DNA from: Hydrurus foetidus
Lineage: Eukaryota
Assembly: GCA_900617105.1 (NCBI GenBank)
Contig: UYFQ01000073.1
Coordinates: forward strand, 1-51,418
Length of the DNA: 51,418 nt
Direction of reading: 5' to 3'
Positions within the stretch are counted from its first letter, which is position 1, and each line of letters begins with the position of its first letter. This document shows, in pieces, positions 37,798-49,045 of the stretch. The notes below the pieces were generated by a model. It had not been told where the DNA came from. It saw only the letters and a list, made by a program, of their open reading frames with translations, and made no database searches. The position numbers were made by a program, and so were the translations under genes.

Positions 37798-40700
37798 ATG
37801 TCCTTTGAAGCGCTTCGTATACTCTTGGCAGTCGTGACAATATTGGTTGGATTACCATCAGCATACACTGAGCGGACACCAGGTGCACCATGCGTTCCTG
37901 TGACTGGAAAAACAGCTCTATTTATCGGCCAGGATTACTACTCTATCCTAAACTACTCTGCGGCTGTTAGGAGTGATCCCTTCGGAGTCATGACATACAC
38001 AGGTGAGAAGAACGTTCCTCGACCATTCCTTCAGTACACTCCAAAGAACACTTATCCTCCAGAAAAGACTGACACATTATTTTCTGGGCGTACGATATGG
38101 GCATCATAAATCTTTGCTGATTTTAAGGGACATTTGGTGAAAGTGAAGTATTTGTTGTTGGTCAGCTGTTGTCGCTCCTGTCGCATGTTGTGAGATAAAC
38201 ACAAAACCTTGGTGCAGTCAAGCGCATTACACATCTAATACGCAACTCGCGCTATAGGATGGGAAGCAATTTTTCTGATTGACTAAGATTCGTCAAGCTG
38301 ACTCTAGCCGAAGTAATCTTTGAATTCATCGGAATGCATCACCTGTTATGTTATGTTATGTTATGTTATGTTATGTTATGTTATGTTATGTTATGTTATG
38401 TTATGTTATGTTATGTTATGTTATATTATGTTGTGTTGTGTTGTGTTGTGATGTGATGTGTTGTGTTGTGTTGTGATGTGATGTGTTGTGATGGGATATG
38501 CTGTGATGGGATGGGATGTGTTGTCATGTGCTGTGCTGTGATGTCATGTCATGTCATGTCATGAGCTCTGATATGATATGATTGGATATGATGTGATGTG
38601 ATGTGATGTGATATGATGTGATGTGATGTGATGTGATGTGATGTGATGTGATGTGATGTGATGTGATGTGATGTGATGATGTGATGTGATGTGATGTGAT
38701 GTGATGTGATGTGATGTGATGTGATGTGTTATGATATGATGTGTTATGATGTGATATGATATGATATGATATGATATGATATGATATGATATGATATGAT
38801 ATGATGTGATGAGATGTGATATGATATGATGTGATGAGATGTGATGTGATGTGATATGATATGATGAGATGAGATGTGATGTGATGCCGCCAACAGCTTG
38901 CAAAAATCTCTCTGTATCACACGATCTCTGATCATTGTAGTAGTTGAAGTAATGGTTAGGAGGGTAGTCAGTGACATCATAGAAAGAAGTGTCGTGATGT
39001 GACTGATGCCGTACGCTCGTATGTACAGCAACGCATGTCATCTTGTGCTGTGAATTTTTCCAAACTCAAAACCAATAATCAAAAGCTGGAAGCCAAAACA
39101 ATATCCTAAAATTCAAATCTACTATTACTTTATAACATAAATCTAAATGTTCTATTATTTATTTTTTATCTGCTTTGTTAACAAATAAAGCGCTGCGCAG
39201 TGATACGGGTAATTTGGCCGGATTACACAGTCCGGTTAATTACGGCTCCGGTATAGAGTGGGCAGGTGGACTGATTCACAGATACAACACGACATCGCTG
39301 CAAATCGGTGAGAAGTCATTCATGATATTACTTAGATAGCAATCCACATTTTTTCATCGGTTCATATGATGTCTTCCGAAATTATTGTTTTTCAGTATGA
39401 TTTTCTTTATTTGTTTGGTAGAGTTTGTCTTCCCCATTCAATTCCACTGTATTTTAGTACGTTCTATTTTATCCTATTTTATCCTATCCAATTTTCGTAA
39501 TGTTTTGTAACACTGTTAACAGTTTGGACATTTTTACTGTTTCTGAAAAAGCATTTATTTATTCCGTTCAAGTTATGTATTCTGTTTGACACGAAATCAT
39601 CTCATGCATCGTGAGGAAGTCACAGCGAAACAGTAATATCACATTTTCGTGCTCTGAAATGACCGCTCAGAACAACGATTCCCTCTCTATATTCGTCAAA
39701 CTTGCTCCAAGAAAATCCTCAAAAGTGCTGTTTTGTTTTGTCTTCAACAACAATACATGTGTCTTGTATATTACATATCACATACACTTATTTCATGATC
39801 GACTATCACACCTAATACGACGATACTTGTACCAAACAGGTTTGTGGCTAGTTGGCGCGTGTGACGACATAGTCGCTGGAAAATTATCAAAAGAAATTAA
39901 ACGATTAGCGACCTTTTTTCTGTCCATTTTTCCAACACCAGTCTACCTGCGAATCGGTTACGAGTTTGACTCACCCGAGAATGCGTATCATCCTATTTCG
40001 TACATCACTGCATTTCGAATAATAGTGGATGCCATGCGAATGTACAATGTACAGAATGTCGTGTACGTGTGGCACTCTTATTCTCAAATCCCTCAAGGGG
40101 GAATGCTGCAGTCAAATTGGTATCCAGGTAATCGATTTTATGTCCAAAACAAATTCCATCGTTTTACATGATGTCCTATTATTCATTTTGTATTGTGCTG
40201 TACTGACATATGATGTATACTTTTACTACAATGTCGCTCATGCACTTAGGAACATAACGGATGTGTATTTTCTATACATAAAAAATAAGTTCACCATTTC
40301 CCAACACCATTCAAGAATTTGCTAGCATGTAATCTGTGTAACTGCCATCAATCGCAGGGGACGATTACGTAGACTGGTGCGGAGTGAGCATTTTCCAACA
40401 ACCGTATGCGTGTCAAATTGCTGACAAGTGCACGGTAAGAGCGTTTATGTATATTAGAAGTGATCGATAGGAAGGAGTGGCGATGATCACGAACTTTATC
40501 AGTACGTGCTATGTTCCTACCTACCTACCTACCTACCTTCCTATCTCCTTTCCTCCTCCACTTACTTATACTATCCAACATTTGTTCTGAAAATATCTTA
40601 AATGCCCTCTGCACCACTCACACCACTCGACTCAAATACCCTCTAAATTACCCTTAATATAGATGCCGTATGCTGACGAATTAGCCCTGTTTTGCAAGTC

Positions 40701-43143
40701 GAAAAAGAAGCCCATTATGATTGCTGAGAGCACCCCCTTTGGGGGGATCAATCAGGGACTGAACTCGGGGGGCAATCAAGCAGGTGCGTGTTAATGTGTT
40801 AGTGTGAGTGAAGGAATGAAAGAAGGAGGGAGGGAAGAGGGTGGGGCAGCGGGAGGGAGGGAGGGAGGGAGGAGTGTGCGAGAGAGGGACACAGTGTGTG
40901 TGAGTGGATAAGGAAGGGGGTGAGTGATGGTGAGAGGAAGACAGGGAGGGATAGAGAAAAGGAAATCGGTCAATCGTGGGTTCAGCATAACTGGTAATTG
41001 ATGAACGCTCTATTTCAGTGCAACATAACTGAACGCTATACAGCGTGACCCCTCTTTATGTCATCTGTTTCCTTCCACCAACCCAATCCTCATCATGCAT
41101 CACACATCTTTACTTATACAACGTCAACTATTACCACTCCATCCATACGGTATGCATGCAGCTCAATTTATAATGCCAACTACGCAGCATGGGTCTTTTC
41201 AGTATGCTCGCTTTGCTTAATCATATCGTATATTATCATATCGCATAATATCATATCTCACCTCAACACACTACACTACACTACACTACACTACACTACA
41301 CTACACTACACTACACTACACTACACTACACTACACTACACTACACTACACTACACTACACTACACTACACTACACTACACTACACTACACTACACTACA
41401 CTACTACACTACCTACATACACTCACTCATTACACTCTTACCATCACACCAACCACAACCAGGTTATATCCGTCATCTCTCATCATGACTCATCTTCATT
41501 GTATTCGTATTCTATTCTTTTCTACGTTCTATTCATACGTTCTATTCTATTCTATTCTATTCTATTCTATTCTATTCTATTCTATTCTATTCATTCTATT
41601 CTATTCTATTCTGTTTTATTCTTTTCTATTCTATTCTATCTTATTCTATTCCATTCTATTCTGTTCTATTCTGTTTTATTCTTTTCTATTCTATTCTATT
41701 CTATTCTATTCTATTCTATTCTATTCTATTCTATTCTATTCTATTCTATTCTATTCTATTCTATTCTATTCTATTCTATTCTATTCTATTCTATTCTATT
41801 CTATTCTATTCTATTCTATTCTATTCTATTCTATTCTATTCTATTCTATTCTATTCTATACTATTCTATACTACTCTATTCTATACTATTCTATACTATT
41901 CTATTCTATTCTATTATTTGTATATTCTTACGCCTCGTGATCATCTCAATAACGACACGAGTACATCACTTGGGAGACGACAGATTACGGCAATGTGTTT
42001 TACTTTTTGATAATAATTGCACTCCTTGTATTTTGTCACATGAACTTCTCCTATAATAAAATAACTTAAAATCTAACTTAATTTCATTATTTTTACCCAG
42101 ACATGATGTGCGTATTTGGTCTTACATTAATTGCAATTGGGACGCCCAGCCGATGTGGCAGTTGAAGCATGCGAGCGGTGTTGCGTGGGGAGACTCGAGA
42201 GTGGAAGGTGAGAGAAAAGTGTAACACTTTTATGAGAGATAAAAAATGTTACACTTGTATGGAGTGAAATAGAGTGTTGCATTTTCATGACGAGTCATAA
42301 AGTGTGACACTTTTATAAAGAGAAACGAAGTGTTACACTTTTGAAATGTGGAATAGAATGCAACACGTACATAGAGGGATACAAAGTGTTACACTTATAT
42401 GAAGACAGAGTAACAGTGCATGGATAGAGAAATAGAGTGTTACACTTTCATATTGTATTTTAATTTGCAGTCTTTTTGTACATTTCATATTATGTTCTAT
42501 TGTATCATATTGTCTTGCGTAATGCAGCACTATTTAATATCACGTAACGTCATACTATATTATACTATTTTGTTTTTCTGTGTTGTATTATAAGATGCTA
42601 TTTTTTTCTTTTTTCCAAGATATGACTCCAATAAAATGTAAGTGTGGAAATTGATTAGCATATCTTCACATACGTAAACATTTTGACTCTTCATTACTTC
42701 TCACTTGCAAGTACACATTACTCTGCATCACATTCTTTTTCATCACAGAATATCCGGTAATATATAAAAAGTGGCAAGATGAAGTGTTACACTCTGATCG
42801 ATTTCGATGGGTGGCAAAAGAAATAGGAAGGGAACATTATTGCCGAGATAAATTGATCACACCCGGCTCAGGAGGAGGAGGAGGAGGAGGGGGTGACACA
42901 AACGATGACACATCGTATGATGATGACGACACATATTCAGAATTCAAAGACGACGAAAATGAGATCTTCTCCTTTGATAATTATTGGTTTAAATTGAAAA
43001 CTATTTTCGCAAGCGATGTAGCGTTAGTGCTCTACACTGTACTTATTATACTGTGTCTGTTGTATCTTGTTTATTATCTTTTTGTGAATCACGAAATATT
43101 GAGGTTAGCTAGGACACGCAGTGGTTACTCCTTAGTTGCATAA
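37798..43143 (+). CDS. Glycoside hydrolase family 26 (beta-1,3-xylanase/mannanase-like), type I membrane protein; one internal exon appears to be missing
   Basis: Exons 37798-38002, 39191-39307, 39840-40127, 40358-40434, 40663-40783, 42101-42207 and 42749-43143. Signal peptide; LFIGQD; VYLRIGYEFD (acid/base Glu); WYPGDDYVDWCGVSIF; KPIMIAESTP (nucleophile Glu); WSYINCNWDAQPMW...WGDSRVE. The C-terminus has a TM helix and a GYSLV tail. There is a phase mismatch between 40783 and 42101. Confidence 0.85.
38345..38886. repeat. Compound (TTATG)/(TTGTG)/(ATGTG)/(ATATG)n microsatellite
   Basis: Array with a 5-bp period in GH26 intron 1. Confidence 0.92.
41268..41915. repeat. (CACTA)n and (ATTCT)n microsatellites
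   Basis: Runs at 41268-41412 and 41505-41915 in a GH26 intron. Confidence 0.92.
42218..42447. repeat. Degenerate ~28-bp minisatellite with palindromic AGTGTNACACT core
   Basis: Core variants start at 42218, 42245, 42273, 42301, 42329, 42357, 42385, 42407 and 42436. Confidence 0.65.
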
Positions 43144-43261
43144 AACAAGAAATAAAAGAATGAAATAAAATGAAAATAAAATGAAATTAAATGCAAATAA
43201 AATGAAATATAATGCAACTAAAAAATTAAAATGAGTATTACGAAGCAAAGCGTTGAATTAT

Positions 43262-43652
43262 AAAAATGTAATGAAATCAGATATAATAAAATGTAATGAA
43301 ATCAGATATAATAAAATGTAATGAAATCAGATATAATAAAATGTTATGAAATCAGATACAATAAAATGTTATGAAATCAGATACAATAAAATGTTATGAA
43401 ATCAGATACAATAAAATGTAATGAAATCAGATACAATAAAATGTTATGAAATCAGATACAATAAAATGTTATGAAATCAGATACAATAAAATGTTATGAA
43501 ATCAGATACAATAAAATGTTATGAAATCAGATACAATAAAATGTTATGAAATCAGATACAATAAAATGTTATGAAATCAGATACAATAAAATGTAATGAA
43601 ATCAGATACAATAAAATGTAATGAAATCAGATACAATAAAATGTAATGAAAT
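43262..43652. repeat. 25-bp minisatellite (ATGTWATGAAATCAGATAYAATAAA), about 15 copies
   Basis: Near-perfect head-to-tail units with no spacers, just 3' of the GH26 stop. Confidence 0.95.
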
Positions 43653-45819
43653 TAAATAAAACCCCTGAAACAAAGGAAAATGGAACGGAATACCAAATAG
43701 TAGACATACGGATACCAATGGAAATCAAAAGTTGGACAGCACGTAAATCAATATCGATAATGCATGAATATAAATATAAATAAAAACATGAATCGTAATG
43801 AATGAGAAAAGGCAGGTGATTGTAAATTATTGGTGAAGAGAAGCATGAAGGCGGCTGTGAATCTGACATGAGTGCAGCAATTTAAATGAATACAATTACA
43901 CATACATCTATTCATAAACGTATACACATACATGCGAGCATAAGTCATGATACGAGTAAATGTAAAGTACAAACGCGAATTCTTGCACGAACAGTAATGC
44001 AATTAAGTTCATACGTGAAGAAAACAGTGATAACGTCGTAACTAGGAGCATAGATGCACGAGAAGGTAGGAACGTGAAAAGAAAAACGCTGATGTTATGC
44101 AGAATTGGAAAATACACGAAATACTAGAAAAAATCGAGTTTAGGAAATAAGATTTTTAAAGAGAGAATCAGTACTTGGAATGAAATAGCAAAAGAGACGT
44201 TTTATAATTTTATTTTCAGATACTTGCGAACTGTCTGTCGTCCTGACTTCGCAATCTGTATTTTTTGCTGCACAATTTTTCTTTTCTGGAAGCTGTCCAC
44301 ATTTCTTCTTTTGGAATTTGGAAGTTAGGGTCATAATTTAAATTGTAGCATCGCAGTACATCACAGTCTGGTTAGCAATTGTCTTTTAATTTCGTAATTT
44401 TGTTCTATCTCTATCGTGTTTCCAGTTCAATTTTGATTTTCATTCAAAATAAATAAAAAAAGTTAATACTTCATTTTCAATTAGTTTTACACCTTAAAAA
44501 CTTTATCTCGCCATTTCGATCACTTCTCGAATGGGATATTAGTAACATTCATTTATAAATGTTGGTGATGTTTTTCTTCTTTTTTTCGTGACTTGCAAAA
44601 TTTCTATCCCATCAAAATTTTCGCATAAAAAAACAGCGAAAAAATTTTCCAAACCTCTCTCGATACATAATATAAGTATATTATCATTTTGTATTATTGT
44701 TGCACAGTGGATAATTTGAGCCCAATACTGTCTCATTCAGACATTATTTCGTCTAGTCTCGACACTTTTTACAAAAGAGAAAACATGTAAAAATAAGAAA
44801 GCGCCAAAAAAGTTTTTATTTACTGTGATGAGAATCACTTGTGTTTGTATAATTATTTACAAGTGAAGATCTTACACATGTCAGAAGTATACCTTACACA
44901 GAAAAAATCCATACCCACTGTACCGTATTCAAAAAACAGTTTGTATTTCAGGGAGTGGATTTTTGCATTTCGTGTTGAGGATTGATGAAATAATGTGAAA
45001 TAAAATAAAATAATGTGAAATAAAATGGGGTGGGTGGAGAGAGGATTATTTTCAAATGTATACGGTTGTTCTAAAAAAATGGTAATGAAATTCTAAAAAA
45101 TTAGTAACCAAATACTTGTAACCGTGGTATCATAATAATGAAAAAAAAAGAGAAGAAAAAAGAATCTCTGTTCGTCTATGATTGCTCACGTGTCGTATAA
45201 CTTGCTTAACTTTTTGTATTCATATATTCTCTATCTAACAATCAAAATCAAATTATGTAACTAAATGCAAATTGAAAAACACGATATAGACTGTAATTAT
45301 GATGACGTACTGACTGACTGGTCTTTCTAGATACTTTAGAACAGTCAAAAGAAGGTATGTCGGAATTTTTATCTAAATATTCGAAGAATATTGAGCAGTT
45401 TCCGTTTCTGTCATTTTGGCGGTTATTGCTCTTTACAGAAATAAGATGTTCTACTTCCATCAATTTTGTGCAACAATGCCACTTCACAACTAGTTGTATG
45501 CGCTACAAACACCCATCTGACACTTCTCCATCCTATTTCTTTCTTCTGTACAGTAGCGGAAGTATCCATACTGTAAAGTATTGTTTCGGCACACAGACAG
45601 GAAAAATGTTTTCAGTTTTCAACACTCAGCTATCAGAGTCGAATTGCAATCACATCCCAAAGGAGAGATGACTTGCTGACTTCGACCGCCATAATTTGTC
45701 ATTTATTATTTCCTTCCGGTCCAAATATTGTATAGAGGAGAAATAGAAGCAGGGCGAGGTCTCGATGATAGCTATGATACGTATTTTCTTCTCGATGCTT
45801 CATCACGATGTCACAGTAT

Positions 45820-46231
45820 TTACATCACAACGATCGAAGAATTGATGCGTTCCTCCTCCTTGGGAGATTCCTCATGAGGATAGCAGCTTCTGAGAAAGCA
45901 TAGGAATATCGTCATGACAGCGGCTGCGCCAAGAATTAATCCGACAATCGCAGCAATCCACACAAGGCTTCCTATCGGGACAGCGATAAAAATTGAGATG
46001 TGCGCCTTTATTTGAGCTGGAATTCTTGCAGTTTATTTAGATGTAAATGGCCGCTAAGATTGTACATGCCGAGCAAGGCGGGGAAACGTGACGAAGACTA
46101 GGTTGTGTGGTGAATGTTCTTGTACAGGACGAACCTTCACTTATCGTATCACGGATGTGCGTTCTTGCACTCTTGATCACTGTCGATGACACGTTCGCCT
46201 CCAGTGTGGCAGCTACAGCTCTCATATACAT
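45820..46231 (-). CDS. Possible small single-TM protein (2 exons), unknown function
   Basis: Exon 46231-46135 spliced through a GT-AG intron (46134-46017) to 46016-45820 gives ...AHISIFIAVPIGSLVWIAAIVGLILGAAAVMTIFLCFLRSCYPHEESPKEEERINSSIVVM*. Support is composition and splice phase only. Confidence 0.3.
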
Positions 46232-46848
46232 GGTACTATTATGACTTCAAAGATTCACAAATTAGGATCATGGGAGACAGACAGTGAATTAGGCTGGACT
46301 GAGCCATGCTATCGGAGGTCTTGAAGTAGTTTCTATTCAAAAAATGCAATCAATTGCACAGGCTTATCTCGTAACGCACCGAACACGCACTCCAACAGAA
46401 AAGACCAGTGAAAGTCAAGCATATCAAAACTTTAATTGTACCCTACAATTAATTGACAATTAATTGCAATTATTGTTTTGCTTTAATTGATTGTTCCTTC
46501 TTCCACAGGAAAATACAATTAACAATTAATTGCAATTAATTGCAATTTTTAATTGTTCCAATCAATCCTTAAAATTGCAATTATAATTGCAATTAATTGC
46601 AATTATTTGTTAGTATTATTACTGATAATTAATTTTTGACCCCACACACACCATAGACCCAGAACCCCATTACCCAGAACCCAGAACCCAGTTAGGCCAA
46701 TTGACAAGGTGACGACGCGGCAACTGACGACAACAAACCGACGAATCGCACCTCAACGAAGCATAGCTGCACTACAACCACATTCTCGGACAACCCAACC
46801 CACTGATTCACTGATGGCTGTTGGCTGGTCAGTGATCGTCGGTTGAGA

Positions 46849-48690
46849 ATGGCTCTGTTCAACAAAGAAAGGGCACAATTTTTCTTCTCAAAAGGTCCTG
46901 ACATTATGGATGGAGCAAAGAAAAAGAACAACTTCAAATGCAGGAGTAACGAGATTGTAGGAAGGGAATGTTGCAGTATTAAGAGTTCTTTTGCCGTCAT
47001 CGTAAACTCTGGATTCACGAACCTCAAAAACCATTTGAAGGAATGCATCCCGAATTATGAGGCAATTTACGCTGGCAGAGAACAGGGTGTCGACATTCGA
47101 AATCATGTCATTGTCGATAAGATCAGTCAGAACATATATGGTTGGATCGATTGGGTGATAACAGACAATTTACCGTTCAGCTTTGTTGAAAAGCAAACGA
47201 CCAGGAAGTATTCCAGGAAAGATCCGATCAGCAAATACACCCTGCTAAAGTACATGGATCAACTCGGATTCGAATGTGAAGGGAAGCTCTCAGGTTTACT
47301 CCCAAATCGTTTTGGTATCCTATTCGATGGGTGGGACAACGGCAACTCTACGAACTATTGCGGAATCTTCGTAAACTGGTACGATAAGGAGAAGGATGCT
47401 GTGCGCACTTACCTGCTGAGGCTAGCGCCGTTAATTCGATGCGACGATTTCGGTGCTGACAGTCATATCGAGACCATAGGCGTTTTCCTTGCGAACGTTG
47501 GGAAGAGCTGGGAAAATGTTGCCGTGGTTATGGGTGACAACACGGAGACGAACTTAGCGATCGCAAGAAGGTCGGGGAAACCTTTCCTGGGTTGCTTCTC
47601 ACACAGGCTGAACTTGGGGGTTAAGGTGTTCCTGAGACCATACAGGGTGGAACTAGAACTCGTAAATTCGCTCATGGTAGCCCTATCGTCAAAGAAGAAT
47701 TGCGGGCGTTTGCGAGCTGGAGGTTGTAAGTTGAGACCTGTTAGGCAACATGAGATTAGGTGGAGCGGCACCTTTCGAATGGTTAAGCAGTACTTGGCAA
47801 TCAGGCCATTTCTCAACGTGCATCCGTGGAATGTACTTAATCAAATTCTGGCCCTTCTGCCGAGTCCTATTCAGGAAGCGCGCCTGCTTCATCTGTACGA
47901 TGACCTGAAAAAATTCGAATCAATCTCTAAAGGGTTACAGAAAGCGGAGGGTACATTATATGAAGCAAGATTTGCGCTGGACTGGCTCTCGGATAGGTAC
48001 CCTGAGACGAAACCTAAGTTATCCCCAGAATTCGCCGACCAACAGTGGCGCCCTTTCGAGAGTGCTGTTGTCAAGGTGCAGAGTGGTCAAGAGAACGCGC
48101 TGACTGCAGATGAGAAAATATCCCTACAGCCATTCCTTCTCGCAGAAGAAATTCCCCCTGAGCCAGAAGCTGTTCCTGTTGATATTGGGGATAATTTCGA
48201 GGCACTCATGAAGCGAGCTAGGAGAGAAATTCCTGTCTTGGAAGCGTCGAAGTATATAAACCTGTCCTTCGTGAAGGCCGACACTTGCGTCGTCGAGCGC
48301 CTTTTCTCTATCACTAGGAAAGTTTGGCGTGAGGACAGAAAGAGCATGACACAGGCGCACATGGAGCTGGTGATGTTCCTTAAGTGCAACAGAGACTTAT
48401 GGGATTCTCAATTAGTATTCAAGTGTCGAACAAATCCGCGACGTAGAGTCGTCCCAGCCGCTGCTGTAGCAGCTGATGATGCGGCACCTGCTGATGATCA
48501 AGCAGGAGATGGAGGAGCAGCATTGGGGGAATTGGTTGCTTTCTTAGCTGACTTAGATGCTGATGGATTTGGCCAACATCAGAATGTCTTCGTGGGGGTT
48601 GATAACGACGCAGATCTGCCTGAAGACGACGAGGCAGAGCTGGAGGATCCTGATTCCGACTTTAGCGATGATGAGTTTGCATATGTATAA
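46849..48690 (+). CDS. hAT transposase
   Basis: Uninterrupted ORF of about 613 aa. It has a BED-like N-terminus (C...C...GFTNLKNHL), NLPFSFVE, FDGWD (first D), MGDN (second D), CFSHRLNL (CxxH), IRWSG, VERLFS (E; dimerisation region) and an acidic tail. Confidence 0.93.
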   Translation: MALFNKERAQFFFSKGPDIMDGAKKKNNFKCRSNEIVGRECCSIKSSFAVIVNSGFTNLKNHLKECIPNYEAIYAGREQGVDIRNHVIVDKISQNIYGWIDWVITDNLPFSFVEKQTTRKYSRKDPISKYTLLKYMDQLGFECEGKLSGLLPNRFGILFDGWDNGNSTNYCGIFVNWYDKEKDAVRTYLLRLAPLIRCDDFGADSHIETIGVFLANVGKSWENVAVVMGDNTETNLAIARRSGKPFLGCFSHRLNLGVKVFLRPYRVELELVNSLMVALSSKKNCGRLRAGGCKLRPVRQHEIRWSGTFRMVKQYLAIRPFLNVHPWNVLNQILALLPSPIQEARLLHLYDDLKKFESISKGLQKAEGTLYEARFALDWLSDRYPETKPKLSPEFADQQWRPFESAVVKVQSGQENALTADEKISLQPFLLAEEIPPEPEAVPVDIGDNFEALMKRARREIPVLEASKYINLSFVKADTCVVERLFSITRKVWREDRKSMTQAHMELVMFLKCNRDLWDSQLVFKCRTNPRRRVVPAAAVAADDAAPADDQAGDGGAALGELVAFLADLDADGFGQHQNVFVGVDNDADLPEDDEAELEDPDSDFSDDEFAYV

Positions 48691-48789
48691 CGAAACTCTT
48701 GAACTCAGTCTTTCCCTTCATCCTGTATGTGTTCTCTTGATTAAAATTTAAAATAGCTCTTACAAACGATACATAAGATTTCCCTTTAA

Positions 48790-49045
48790 GTTGTGATGTT
48801 ACTCCGTACAGCTCTCAGCCGGAAGCTTTGAAGGCAGAACCCTTCTTACTAGACCGTACTGTATGACTCCGTACCATGCGTATTATCAGACCTCACTGGC
48901 TTTGCCCCATAGAACGAATCGGGGACATTTTTAAATAGTGTAGTCCACTTAAACCCCTAGCGCACCAGATTCAGGGGGGATTCGAACCCCCTCTCTAGGG
49001 GCGGGAAGATCCAGGCAGCTAACCACTCGGGGAAGCTGGAACTTG
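48790..49045 (-). mobile_element. tRNA-derived SINE-like insert nested in the hAT 3' non-coding region
   Basis: The minus strand has an A-box-like TCCCCGAGTGG (49033-49023) and a B-box GGTTCGAATCC (48988-48978) inside a perfect T-arm GGGGG-TTCGAAT-CCCCC, with tRNA-like A-B spacing of 34 nt. The anticodon and acceptor arms are degenerate. The segment is GC-richer than its flanks and bounded by direct TTTAA repeats (48785-48789 and 49046-49050). Confidence 0.6.

Noticed and set aside
41058..42056. 332-aa ORF
   Set aside because: It is made of CACTA and ATTCT microsatellites inside a GH26 intron and has no domain signal.
42218..42447. Palindromic repeats with variable linkers as a mini-CRISPR
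   Set aside because: The core is only about 12 bp, the linkers are about 16 bp and resemble each other, and the array is intronic.
43262..43652. 25-bp repeat array as a CRISPR
   Set aside because: Units are head-to-tail with no unique spacers, the context is eukaryotic and there are no cas genes; it is a minisatellite.
48841..48900. Hammerhead ribozyme in the SINE-like body
   Set aside because: The minus strand has CTGATAA rather than the CTGANGA core, and no properly placed GAAA or stems.
48960..49045. Functional tRNA gene
   Set aside because: Only the T-arm and an A-box-like motif are present; the acceptor, D and anticodon stems do not pair properly.
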